Translations under genes and position numbers: made by a program
In this document: piece by piece, positions 10,017 through 19,592 of the stretch
Numbering within the stretch: the first letter of the stretch is position 1
Layout: each line of letters opens with the position of its first letter
NCBI GenBank assembly: GCA_045863295.1
Contig: BTWA01000028.1
Span: 22,228 to 86,227, forward strand
Length of the DNA stretch: 64,000 nucleotides
From: Candidatus Hydrogenedentota bacterium
Lineage (GTDB): Bacteria; Hydrogenedentota; Hydrogenedentia; Hydrogenedentales; SLHB01
Direction of reading: 5' to 3'
The notes under the pieces: model-generated
Databases searched by the model: none
What the model was told of the DNA's origin: nothing
Seen by the model: the letters and a program-made list of their open reading frames with translations, nothing else

Positions 10017-11129
10017 TCACGATCCCTTGTTGATGGCTTTCTCTATTTTTTCATTCTCCGGCATACCCAACGACCTGGCCTTGTCGTAGTGAATCTTGGC
10101 GTTTGACGCGTTCTTCTTCTCCGTGGCATACCACCAAGCCAGATTGTAATGTGCCGGACCGTATTCGGACTGGGCCGAAACTAATTCGGAGCACATCCGA
10201 ATCGCATCGTCTACCTGCTTGTTGTGCGACAAAGCGACGGCATAGGCATTTGTCGCGTCGGCCGAATCCGAGGCCAGACTAATGGCCTTCTTGAAATGAA
10301 CGGAAGCCTCCTCGAACTTTTTGCGATTCATGGCTAACTTGCCCATGTGATACGCGCCCGTGGCACTCTGTTCCAGTCCAAGGGCATACAACAATGTCGA
10401 AGCGCTGTCCTGAACCGCCGATTCAAATCGTTCACGTAGAATCTTACCGCCTTCCGCTGTCCAGCGGTTCACTGCTTCGTCATCCACGGTAAACTGAGGC
10501 GACGTGACGTTGATGCCTTGCCGGCTGGTTGGGTCCCCCAAGTCGGTGTCCGCCAACACGAGGTCGTTGGTAACGACAAGCGTATCGCTCCATACGGTAT
10601 CGATACCCGGCAACTGCACCAATTTGCCATCGAGCCTGACGGCCAGAATCCCGCTGGGACCGTAAATTCCATACTGCGTGACCAAATCCAGAACGAGATC
10701 GTAGTCATCCTTGGCCAGATCCTCGTACCGTACGTCTATCACATCCTGCCGCGACTGAAACCCAGCCGTCGAACCGAGAGGAGCCACACTCTTCAATTCG
10801 CTGGTTACCGCGGCGTCGAGGCGCTCCGAAAGTATCTTCTCAAACGCTTCAGCAGGCTTATAATCTTTCAGCGCGTCGTGAATGCGGTCGCGATAGACCG
10901 CGTTGACCACCGCATCCGCGCCCGAACCGAGAACGAGACCAGTCGTTCCTGCAACTTTCAATGTCTTGCCGGCAGGCGACACCGCGACGATCATATCACT
11001 CGGCGTCGCTTTCACGGACCACGCCGGCTTCGCCGCGTTGCTCAACGAGGGCGGAACGTCGGGGGTCGTTGCGCAGCCTGCGGCCAAAATCAAGCCTCCG
11101 AGAAACAAAAATCCCTTCTGCAGCTTCAT
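10017..11129 (-). CDS. TPR-containing lipoprotein
   Basis: MKLQKG..LILAAGC lipobox, RBS GAGGAGAAGG, C-terminal TPR repeats. Confidence 0.75.
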   Translation of the reverse strand: MKLQKGFLFLGGLILAAGCATTPDVPPSLSNAAKPAWSVKATPSDMIVAVSPAGKTLKVAGTTGLVLGSGADAVVNAVYRDRIHDALKDYKPAEAFEKILSERLDAAVTSELKSVAPLGSTAGFQSRQDVIDVRYEDLAKDDYDLVLDLVTQYGIYGPSGILAVRLDGKLVQLPGIDTVWSDTLVVTNDLVLADTDLGDPTSRQGINVTSPQFTVDDEAVNRWTAEGGKILRERFESAVQDSASTLLYALGLEQSATGAYHMGKLAMNRKKFEEASVHFKKAISLASDSADATNAYAVALSHNKQVDDAIRMCSELVSAQSEYGPAHYNLAWWYATEKKNASNAKIHYDKARSLGMPENEKIEKAINKGS

Positions 11130-11179
11130 ACCTTCTCCTCGATTCGCACTGGGGGTTGGTCCGTCTTCGAAGTTGCCGC

Positions 11180-11938
11180 TTACTCTTCCTTGATATAAAT
11201 ATTGCGGAACTGAACTAAACTGGAAGCGCTGTTCCACTCATCCTTGGCCGCATCGTAGCCGCCATGGTGCTGCAATGCAATAGGGCCCTTCGCGGGCACG
11301 CCGGGCAATTGGGCATTCTCAATCACCTTCTTGCCGTTCAATTCCACGGTAAGACGGTCGCCTTTCATCGTAATGACAAACGTGTTCCACTCGCCCACAG
11401 GATTGTCCGCGTTCATTTTGGGGGTGACGCCGGCACGAACTTCCGGCGTTGCACTTTCGGACATCCGGTAGCCATACACCTCTCCAGACCCGATGGGCCA
11501 ACACCAGATGTTGACTTGCGCATTCGGCGTGCCGCGCAAATAGATACCGGAGTCCGCATTGGGCATCTTCGTGGTAATGGTCTTGCCGTCGGCATCCTTT
11601 TGGTCCGTTCCATCAGGCAACACGGTCGGCACAGGATAACCTTCGCCTTTGGTTTCTTTGATGCGCCACTCACAGTGCAACGTGAAATCTCCGTACTCGC
11701 CGGCGCTCCACAGACTTTGGTCGCCTTTGCGGCCTTGTTTTGGATTGCAGTCGATTGTACGGTCGACGACGGTCCAGATATCTCCCGCACCGTCGGGGAG
11801 TTTCCACCCGTCAAGATCTTCGCCATTGAACAACGGCTTCCAACCATCCCCAGCGGGCGGCTCCGCCATCGCTGGCGACGCAAAAAAGAATGGAGTTGCG
11901 AGCAAGAGTGCGAAGCAAGGCAGAATCAGGCGCTTCAT
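11180..11938 (-). CDS. DUF1080 / 3-keto-disaccharide hydrolase family, secreted
   Basis: GWKPLFNGEDLDGW, DSGIYLR, GEWN, GPIALQHHG, VQFRNIYIKE. Confidence 0.88.
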   Translation of the reverse strand: MKRLILPCFALLLATPFFFASPAMAEPPAGDGWKPLFNGEDLDGWKLPDGAGDIWTVVDRTIDCNPKQGRKGDQSLWSAGEYGDFTLHCEWRIKETKGEGYPVPTVLPDGTDQKDADGKTITTKMPNADSGIYLRGTPNAQVNIWCWPIGSGEVYGYRMSESATPEVRAGVTPKMNADNPVGEWNTFVITMKGDRLTVELNGKKVIENAQLPGVPAKGPIALQHHGGYDAAKDEWNSASSLVQFRNIYIKEE

Positions 11939-12056
11939 GACAAGGTCTCCTAAATCGTGAACGAGTTACATCGCCACAGTATGCAGGTTGTCCGTCAGAA
12001 AAGAAAAGCTTTGCACAAATCAGGGACACCCAACCGGGCGCAACTGGAGTTCCCGG

Positions 12057-12689
12057 CTACTTCAACTCCTTAATCCGGACGTCCTTGTACCAAGCCTCAC
12101 TCGGCGGACCGGAATGAATCTGCAACCCAATGATCCCGGTGCGCGCAATGGCGTCGTCCTCCTCGGTATAGTCCACCGTCTGAACGCCGTTCAGCCAAAG
12201 CTGGATCCGCGGCCCTTCGCATCGAATGACATATTCATTCCACTCGCCGGGCTTCAACGCCTTCTTCAAGGTGGCCTCGTCGGGACCCGCCAACACTTTG
12301 TTCCTCCGAGACTCGTCGTACAGGCACCCCCAGTACCCTTCCCCCATGTCAGCCTGGTAACCCGACACCTCATGATGGTCAGGAATGCGTGTGGTGCGAA
12401 ACTGGACTCCTGCGTTGGCCTTTTCCCCCACTAGCTTAAACTTCAAAGTCAGCTCGAAATCGCCATACTCGCGCTTCGTACACAGAAACTCATTACGCGG
12501 TATCGCGTCCTCCATCGACCCACCCACAATGGCCCCGTCTTCGACACGAAAGAAATCAAGATTCCCCTCCCATCCGGCAAAGGTCTCCCCATCAAACAGC
12601 GGCGCCCCGGCGTCCTTTGCTACGGCTGTTAAAACCACGGCCAATGCAACAATTGACCCAAAGCGTGCGAACGCGATCACTTTCATCAT
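12057..12689 (-). CDS. DUF1080 / 3-keto-disaccharide hydrolase family, secreted
   Basis: LFDGETFAGW, YGDFEL, NAGVQFR, GYQAD, GIIGLQIHSG, YKDVRIKEL. Confidence 0.88.
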   Translation of the reverse strand: MMKVIAFARFGSIVALAVVLTAVAKDAGAPLFDGETFAGWEGNLDFFRVEDGAIVGGSMEDAIPRNEFLCTKREYGDFELTLKFKLVGEKANAGVQFRTTRIPDHHEVSGYQADMGEGYWGCLYDESRRNKVLAGPDEATLKKALKPGEWNEYVIRCEGPRIQLWLNGVQTVDYTEEDDAIARTGIIGLQIHSGPPSEAWYKDVRIKELK

Positions 12690-12779
12690 GGCTTGCTCTC
12701 CACCCGAGATTTCGCCATCATCTTACTCCAATCGCCGTTTTAACCGCCAAGCCTGCGAAACTGACGAGAGACGCGTCGC

Positions 12780-13340
12780 ATGAACAACTTAATAACGGCA
12801 GTGTCCGAAGTAAATGACTTCATGGCCTCAAAGGGCTGGACCTACTGCCTAATTCGCGGCCTCGCTGTTCAGCACTGGGGTGAGCCCCGCACGACGCTAG
12901 ACGCAGACTTCACGTTGATTACGGGCTGGGGCCAAGAAGCCCCCTACATAGACACACTCTTGAGTCAGTTTGAATCGCGCATACCAGATGCCCGGCAAAT
13001 CGCGTTGACCCATCGGATCCTTCTCGTTCATGCGTCCAATGGCGTGCCAGTGGATATTGCACTAGGGGCCATACCTTTTGAAATCGAAATGATGAATCGT
13101 GCCACCCATATCGACCTCGCGCCAGGTTGCAGCGTCCCCTGTTGCACTGCCGAAGACTTGTTCATTATGAAGGCATTTGCCGGCCGGCCGAAAGATTGGG
13201 GAGACGCCGAAAGCATCCTGGCCCGGCAGCCGCAACTTGATGTAAACTACATCAGGCAACATCTATCAGATCTTTGCAGCGCCAAAAAGGATACACTAAC
13301 TCTTCAGAAAGCGTTGGCACTGCTCGGAGCGGCCTCATGA
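12780..13340 (+). CDS. Nucleotidyltransferase, AbiEii/DUF6036-like (putative TA component)
   Basis: LIRGLAV..GEPRTTLDAD (Pol-beta G/DxD motif) and C-terminal K..AGRPKD..D. Confidence 0.7.
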   Translation: MNNLITAVSEVNDFMASKGWTYCLIRGLAVQHWGEPRTTLDADFTLITGWGQEAPYIDTLLSQFESRIPDARQIALTHRILLVHASNGVPVDIALGAIPFEIEMMNRATHIDLAPGCSVPCCTAEDLFIMKAFAGRPKDWGDAESILARQPQLDVNYIRQHLSDLCSAKKDTLTLQKALALLGAAS

Positions 13341-13585
13341 ATATGCCTTCCCCAGAAGAACAGCGCACTCTTATTCTCCAATGGGAGGAAACCGGCCGAT
13401 TCCTCGACGAACTCCGGCGAAAAGAACTGCGCGGCAAACCCTACAACTGGCAAGAAGTCGACACCCTGCTCCAACTCGCCGACAACTACGACGGCCCCAT
13501 CGATTCCAGCGGCATCATCGAAATGCAACGCCTCTTCATGCAACACCCATTCTATAAAGACCCCAAAAACAAAATCACCGGCTGA
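13337..13585 (+). CDS. Small helical protein, probable partner of the nucleotidyltransferase
   Basis: ATGA overlap with the upstream stop; 82 aa; QWEETGRFLDELRRKEL..SGIIEMQRLF. Confidence 0.6.
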   Translation: MNMPSPEEQRTLILQWEETGRFLDELRRKELRGKPYNWQEVDTLLQLADNYDGPIDSSGIIEMQRLFMQHPFYKDPKNKITG

Positions 13586-13955
13586 TACCCAGTACAAAGC
13601 CTCGCAAGCTGGAGTTTCCTAGGCATCCTAATCTACAGTACAGACGCAAGGAGGCGGTAGCCAGACAGAAAATAGGATTCGGGGGAAAATGCCGCGAATT
13701 TTTGGCGGTCGATTTGGCATCGTGCCGATTTCTCCTTACCTGCAAATCTTGTTGCGAAAGCCTTTCAAAAATTCATACCTTTGCGCCGGGTTTTCGGGTT
13801 TATCCTTGAATCCAAAACCGTTCTCGCGGTACACTACGCCGTATTTTGTCCCCAGGGGTTTTTTTGGCGGATGGGGTTCGTGATCGCGACTGGGTTCGCG
13901 CCTACCTCACTCACTGCAGCACGCTCTCCACGGGCGATTTAAGGAGATTGGACAC

Positions 13956-16712
13956 ATGGCTAAAGCGAAGAAATACGTGTATTTCTTTGGCGGCGGCAAG
14001 GCCGAGGGCAAAGGAAGCATGAAGGAGCTGCTGGGCGGCAAGGGTGCAAACCTCGCCGACATGTGCGGCTTGGGAATTCCGGTACCGGCCGGCTTCACCA
14101 TCACGACCGAAGTCTGCACCGAGTACTACAAAAACAAGAACAAGTTGCCCAAGGAAGTCGGCATTCAGGTCGAAGAAGCCCTGAAAAAGGTCGAAAAGGT
14201 CATGGGCAAGAAGTTCGACAATCCGAAGGACCCGCTCTTGCTGTCGGTCCGCTCGGGTGCGCGCACCTCGATGCCGGGCATGATGGAAACCATGTTGAAC
14301 GTCGGCCTGACCAAGGCGACGATTCCAGGGCTCATCGCGCAGAGCGGCGACGAACGCTTTGTGTGGGACGCGTACCGCCGGTTGATTACCATGTACTCCG
14401 ACGTGGTGATGGAAAAGGCGGCGGGAATTACGCCGGAAGACGGCCACGGCGTGCGTCATCAGCTCGAACACGCGATGGACGCCATGAAGAAGGCCAAGGG
14501 AGTAACGGAAGACACCGACCTCGACGCGAACGATCTGAAGCAGCTCTGCGAAGAGTACAAGAAGATCGTGAAAAGCGTGTTGGGCAAACCCTTCCCCGAT
14601 GATTCCCGCGAACAGATGTGGGGCGGCGTCAAAGCCGTGTTTCAATCCTGGATGGGCCGCCGTGCAATTTCCTACCGCCGTATCGAAAGCATCCCCGACG
14701 AATGGGGCACGGCCGTCAATGTGCAGGCCATGGTGTTCGGCAACATGGGCGAATCGTCCGCCACGGGCGTGGCGTTTACGCGCGACCCCTCGACGGGCGA
14801 CGAGAAGTTCTACGGCGAATGGCTGGTGAACGCGCAGGGTGAAGACGTGGTGGCGGGTATCCGCACGCCATCGCCCCTGAACGAAGCCACCAAGACCGAT
14901 CACTCGAAGCACCTTGTGTCTCTGGAGAAAGCCAATTCAAAGGCCTACAAGGAACTGGTCGCGATCCGGAACAAGCTGGAAAAGCACTATCGCGACATGC
15001 AGGACATCGAATTCACGATCGAAAAAGGCCGTGTGTGGATGCTTCAGACCCGCACGGGCAAACGCACCGGCACGGCTGCGGTCCGCATGGCCGTGGAGAT
15101 GTGTGAAGACAAGCTGATCGACAAAACCACCGCGATCATGCGCGTCAAGCCGGAACAGTTGGATGAGTTGCTCCACCCGATGCTCAATCCCGCCTCCGAA
15201 AAATCGGCGAACGTGCTGGCAAAGGGCTTGCCGGCGGGTCCCGGCGGCGGCGTCGGCCAAATCGTGCTCGATGCCGACAAGGCCGAACAATGGTCGAAAC
15301 AAGGCAAAAAGGTAATCCTGGTCCGCAACGAAACGTCGCCAGAAGACGTCCACGGAATGCACGTGGCGCAAGCCATCCTGACCGCCAAGGGTGGCATGAC
15401 CTCGCACGCGGCCCTCGTGGCCCGCGGTTGGGGCAAGTGCTGCATCGTGGGTTGTTCCGCGCTGGACATCAATACGAAGACCCGTGAGGTCAAAGTAAAC
15501 GGCAAGACCTTCAAGGAAGGCGATTGGTTCTCCTTGAACGGTTCGCGCGGCATTGTCTACGAGGGCCAGGTCCCTGTGAGCCCGGCGGACCCGGACAAGA
15601 ACCCCTGGTACAAGAAGTTGATGAAGTGGGTCGACGAGATCCGCGAAATCAAGGTGCGCACCAACGCCGAGCGCCCGGAAGACGCGCAACAGGCAATTGT
15701 GTTCGGAGCGGAAGGTATCGGCCTGGCCCGCACCGAGCATATGTTCTTCGAACCGGAACGCATCATTCACGTGCGTGAGATGATCCTGGCCGAAGACGAA
15801 AATGTCCGCCGCGCCGCTGTGATGAAGCTGCTGCCCTTCCAGAAGAAGGACTTCATCGGCATTTTCAAGGCCATGGCCGGTAAGCCTGTGACGGTGCGTC
15901 TGCTCGATCCGCCGCTGCACGAGTTCATCACGCTCGACGACGCTCAAGTGAAGGAATTGTCGAAACAGATCGGCATTTCCCCGGAAAAGATCACGAGCCG
16001 CATGCGCGCGCTACACGAGTTGAATCCCATGCTGGGCCACCGTGGCTGCCGCCTCGGCATCGCCTATCCGGAAATCACCGAAATGCAGGCTCGAGCCATC
16101 CTCGAAGCCACTGCTGAACTCACCAAGCAAAAGGTCAAGGTGCTGCCGGAAATCATGGTGCCTTTGGTCGGCCACGTCAACGAATTGGCCCACCAAGAAG
16201 CCATCATCCGCCGAGTGGCGGACGAAGTGGCCAAGAAGTACGGCGTGAAGAAGCTCGAGTACATGGTCGGCACCATGATCGAAGTACCCCGCGCCGCGCT
16301 TACGGCCGACAAGATCGCGAACGTGGCGGAGTTCTTCAGTTTCGGCACGAACGATCTGACTCAAATGGGCTTCGGTTTTTCGCGCGACGACATCGGCGGT
16401 TTCCTGCCCTCGTATCTTGATGGCAAAGTCTTGCCAGCCGACCCCTTCCAGACCCTGGATCAGGAAGGCATCGGCCAACTCATCAAAATGGCGGTGGAAC
16501 GCGGCCGCGATTCGCGCCCCGGCCTGAAGTGCGGCATCTGTGGCGAACACGGCGGCGATCCGGCTTCCGTCAAATTCTGCCACCGTGTTGGCTTGGATTA
16601 TGTAAGCTGTAGCCCATTCCGCGTGCCAATCGCGCGCCTTGCGGCGGCGCAAGCGGCGATCGAAACGCCGCGTAAGTCCAAGGGCAAAAAGAAGGCGGGC
16701 AAGAAGAAATAG
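13956..16712 (+). CDS. ppdK: Pyruvate, phosphate dikinase
   Basis: LGGKGANL, LLLSVRSGA, GGMTSHAA phospho-His, FSFGTNDLTQ, GICGEHGG; AAGGAG RBS; strong codon bias. Confidence 0.97.
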   Translation: MAKAKKYVYFFGGGKAEGKGSMKELLGGKGANLADMCGLGIPVPAGFTITTEVCTEYYKNKNKLPKEVGIQVEEALKKVEKVMGKKFDNPKDPLLLSVRSGARTSMPGMMETMLNVGLTKATIPGLIAQSGDERFVWDAYRRLITMYSDVVMEKAAGITPEDGHGVRHQLEHAMDAMKKAKGVTEDTDLDANDLKQLCEEYKKIVKSVLGKPFPDDSREQMWGGVKAVFQSWMGRRAISYRRIESIPDEWGTAVNVQAMVFGNMGESSATGVAFTRDPSTGDEKFYGEWLVNAQGEDVVAGIRTPSPLNEATKTDHSKHLVSLEKANSKAYKELVAIRNKLEKHYRDMQDIEFTIEKGRVWMLQTRTGKRTGTAAVRMAVEMCEDKLIDKTTAIMRVKPEQLDELLHPMLNPASEKSANVLAKGLPAGPGGGVGQIVLDADKAEQWSKQGKKVILVRNETSPEDVHGMHVAQAILTAKGGMTSHAALVARGWGKCCIVGCSALDINTKTREVKVNGKTFKEGDWFSLNGSRGIVYEGQVPVSPADPDKNPWYKKLMKWVDEIREIKVRTNAERPEDAQQAIVFGAEGIGLARTEHMFFEPERIIHVREMILAEDENVRRAAVMKLLPFQKKDFIGIFKAMAGKPVTVRLLDPPLHEFITLDDAQVKELSKQIGISPEKITSRMRALHELNPMLGHRGCRLGIAYPEITEMQARAILEATAELTKQKVKVLPEIMVPLVGHVNELAHQEAIIRRVADEVAKKYGVKKLEYMVGTMIEVPRAALTADKIANVAEFFSFGTNDLTQMGFGFSRDDIGGFLPSYLDGKVLPADPFQTLDQEGIGQLIKMAVERGRDSRPGLKCGICGEHGGDPASVKFCHRVGLDYVSCSPFRVPIARLAAAQAAIETPRKSKGKKKAGKKK

Positions 16713-16735
16713 TCCGGCTTGTCTCACGAAAGATG

Positions 16736-16773
16736 AACCGCGCCCGTGGCCAAAAGCCGCGGGCGCGGTTTTT
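16736..16773 (+). terminator. Intrinsic terminator after ppdK
   Basis: AACCGCGCCCG..CGGGCGCGGTT stem running into a T-tract. Confidence 0.8.
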
Positions 16774-16791
16774 GTTCAACAATGGTGAAAT

Positions 16792-17607
16792 CTACTTGAA
16801 CCGGTTCAGCACGGTTTGCCGGTAACGTTCCTCACCCAATGTTCCCTGCGTCTTCATATCGGCGGGAAATTGCGCAGCCAATTGTTGTAGCAAGACAATC
16901 CGGTTCTGCGTCAACGGATGCGACGACAGCAAGGCGAAGGGCATTGAGCCGCCCCCGGACTGTTCCTGTTCCAGCATCCGGCTCATAAACGAAACCATGG
17001 CGTCGGGATTGTAGCCCGCGCGAAACAGTACGTCCATGCCCAGTTTGTCGGCCTCGCGTTCCTGATCGCGCGAAAACTTCAACGTGGCCATTCCGCCAAT
17101 TATTTGCGCGCCTGCCTGCCCGATGGGTTTTCCTTCGAGCGCGGCATTTGCCGCCGCAATCAGCAGTTCCAGTTGTTGTTGCCTGGCAATGGATTCGCCG
17201 TGATGCTCTGCCGCCACGTGGGCAATTTCGTGGCCCATTACAGACGCCAGTTCCGCCTCGTTCTGGCAGAGCTTCAACAGGCCCGTATAGATATACATAT
17301 GCCCGCCCGGGAGCGCGAATGCGTTTAGCTCGTCCTTCTCAATGACGGTAAACCGGTATTCGACGTTCTGCCGTGGCGACACCCGCGCCAGCCGGTCGCC
17401 AATCTCGCCGATGTACTTCTGAATGGACGCGTCGTCAAGCACTTTTTCCGTCTTTTCGACTTCTTGTGAAAGCTGGGCACCAATTGCCATTTCCTGCTCT
17501 TCGGACAGAGCGCTGGGCGGGGTGTAGGTGCCTTCCCCCGTGGTGGCGCAACCGGACACAACTCCGGCCGCGATCAGAGTCAATCCGATGATCCAAGGCA
17601 GTCGCAT
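16792..17607 (-). CDS. M48-family zinc metallopeptidase lipoprotein
   Basis: VSGC lipobox, NAFALPGG, HEIAH, FSRDQEREAD, SSHP. Confidence 0.9.
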   Translation of the reverse strand: MRLPWIIGLTLIAAGVVSGCATTGEGTYTPPSALSEEQEMAIGAQLSQEVEKTEKVLDDASIQKYIGEIGDRLARVSPRQNVEYRFTVIEKDELNAFALPGGHMYIYTGLLKLCQNEAELASVMGHEIAHVAAEHHGESIARQQQLELLIAAANAALEGKPIGQAGAQIIGGMATLKFSRDQEREADKLGMDVLFRAGYNPDAMVSFMSRMLEQEQSGGGSMPFALLSSHPLTQNRIVLLQQLAAQFPADMKTQGTLGEERYRQTVLNRFK

Positions 17608-17732
17608 TCATGCAATTCCTTATGGTATGGCGGTATTCCGCCTGATGCTGCCGCGCAAGAAACGAAACGGGGTATGCAAGCAAAGCCAGCATACCCCGAG
17701 TCTCTACAAGCAAATCAATCAGGTCAAACCCA

Positions 17733-18251
17733 TTAGTCGCCCTGATACAGCGGTATCTTTGAGCCGCACTGTTGTACCGGAAGTATTTCCTCAAACTTCT
17801 CTGGCGAAACGGACGGGCCCTTTGATGTGCAATGCGCATTGAAGGCTTTGCGCAATTCGTTCGCGATTTCTACTGCATTTCGCTGTTCGATGTGGTGGCG
17901 CTGCATGGCAAAGAACGGCTTTCCGTCTTTAAACAGGATGACGTTGGGAGAACTTGGCGGCAATTCTGGTCCGATGAGTTGGCGGGCGCGTTGCGTGGCT
18001 TCGGTGTCCATTCCGGCAAAGACAGTATACAGCTTGTCGGGAATGAGGTCATTTTGCAGGGCCAACATGACCCCAGGCCGACAGGCACCGGCGGCGCATC
18101 CGCACACCGAATTAATGACGAGCATGGCCGTGCCCGTGGACTGTCCCAAGGCTGCGTCTACAGCGTCAGGCGTTGTCAAAGGCGTTATGCCCACTTCCAC
18201 CAGTTCCTCCCACATGGGCCGAACGGCTTCCGGATCGTACATTGGAGGCAT
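17733..18251 (-). CDS. Bacilliredoxin BrxA/BrxB (YphP/YqiW) family
   Basis: VRPMWEEL, INSVCGCAAG, TVFAGMD, PPSSP, RHHIE. Confidence 0.88.
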   Translation of the reverse strand: MPPMYDPEAVRPMWEELVEVGITPLTTPDAVDAALGQSTGTAMLVINSVCGCAAGACRPGVMLALQNDLIPDKLYTVFAGMDTEATQRARQLIGPELPPSSPNVILFKDGKPFFAMQRHHIEQRNAVEIANELRKAFNAHCTSKGPSVSPEKFEEILPVQQCGSKIPLYQGD

Positions 18252-18541
18252 ACTTGGAAACTCCCCTTGGGTTTTCAGAGGCTGGTAGGATATCAGGCGA
18301 GCCCCGCTGCAGGCGAGTTTTGCCTCGCTTGGCGCCATCCCTTGCCTTTTCCCCTCGAACATGCTTGTACAGGGGGTTTATTCCCCGTTTGTAGGCCGAA
18401 TCGGGCGCGGGCGAAACCTGACACCCTCCGGGCTCGTCTGTCATTGTGACTCGTACTTACCGGTTTTGAACGGTTTGCCCCGTGGGTAATATGGTGTAGG
18501 CTACTTGGCGGAGTCAGGTTGAGAGCAAAGGGGAACTGGGC

Positions 18542-19480
18542 ATGTCAGGCGCTGCCGCGTCTCGCGTTGGGTTTATGTTTGCCGTCGTAGGTCTGATATT
18601 GGCAAGCGGGTGTCCACTTAATCCGCCGGCCAAAGGATTTCCAGGACCTTACAGCTACGTGGAATGGAAGACAGATTACGCGAACGGGTTTCCCCTCAGT
18701 ATTTACTATCCCAACCGCGACACCTTCAAGGACAAGGCACCGGTGATTATTTTCAACACCGGCTGGAATCAGGCACGCGGGTCTTACCTGGAATATGGGA
18801 GGCAACTGGCGGAATGGGGATTTGTCGTCGCCATACGTTTCTTTCCAAATCCGGACGTCCTGGGAATAGGACTAGACATAAATCAAGAGGAGGCGCATGT
18901 GGCGTTGGTTAGCGCCCTGATCGACTGGCTTGGCGAGCAGAACGAGAATTCCGCATCTCCCCTGTTTGAGTTGTTGGACATGGAGAAAGTCGGGGAGGCT
19001 GGCCACTCTCTAGGGACCAATTCGAACATGGCCGCGGCCATTGCCGACGATCGCATCAGGGCAATAGTTAACCTGGATGGCTGGTTCGATCACCCCGGTG
19101 GAGACTTCGTGACACATCTGCCGCACAAGAACGTGGCGATCATGTGGATAAACGCGGACCAGGGGTTATGCACTGCGCGCGGACTTCCTGATTTGATCGA
19201 CTTGTATGATTACGTTCCTTCGCCCGCAGCAGACGTGATGATTCACGGTGCTAGTCATATTGATTTCATGATTCTGCCAGCTTTACAGATGGAGTCGGCG
19301 AGCATCGTGTGCGGCCGGGGCCAACGGGATCAGGCAGAAGTACGTACGCTCGCTCTCAAGTACATGATATGCTGGTTTAATGTCCAGCTAAAGGGCATGA
19401 CCGAATTCGAGGATTATTACAAGGGCGCGAAGGCTAAGTCGGACGAGAACGAATTTGACGTTTCGTTTCGATGGAAATAG
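18542..19480 (+). CDS. Alpha/beta hydrolase lipoprotein (chlorophyllase/cutinase-like)
   Basis: LASGC lipobox, LAEWGFVV, GHSLG nucleophile elbow, candidate Asp and SHIDF His. Confidence 0.75.
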   Translation: MSGAAASRVGFMFAVVGLILASGCPLNPPAKGFPGPYSYVEWKTDYANGFPLSIYYPNRDTFKDKAPVIIFNTGWNQARGSYLEYGRQLAEWGFVVAIRFFPNPDVLGIGLDINQEEAHVALVSALIDWLGEQNENSASPLFELLDMEKVGEAGHSLGTNSNMAAAIADDRIRAIVNLDGWFDHPGGDFVTHLPHKNVAIMWINADQGLCTARGLPDLIDLYDYVPSPAADVMIHGASHIDFMILPALQMESASIVCGRGQRDQAEVRTLALKYMICWFNVQLKGMTEFEDYYKGAKAKSDENEFDVSFRWK

Positions 19481-19592
19481 AGCCGTCGCCATTGCATGAG
19501 TTCTTGAGTATCGCGAACAGGACGCTCCCTCCCCCCATTTCAGTCCGCATTCAGATTTGAGGTGCTCAAGTACACTAAGGGGGACTCTTTTC

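Noticed and set aside
13911..16727. Long antisense ORFs over ppdK (333, 336, 238 aa)
   Set aside because: Expected from strong codon bias in a GC-rich gene; no recognisable motifs.
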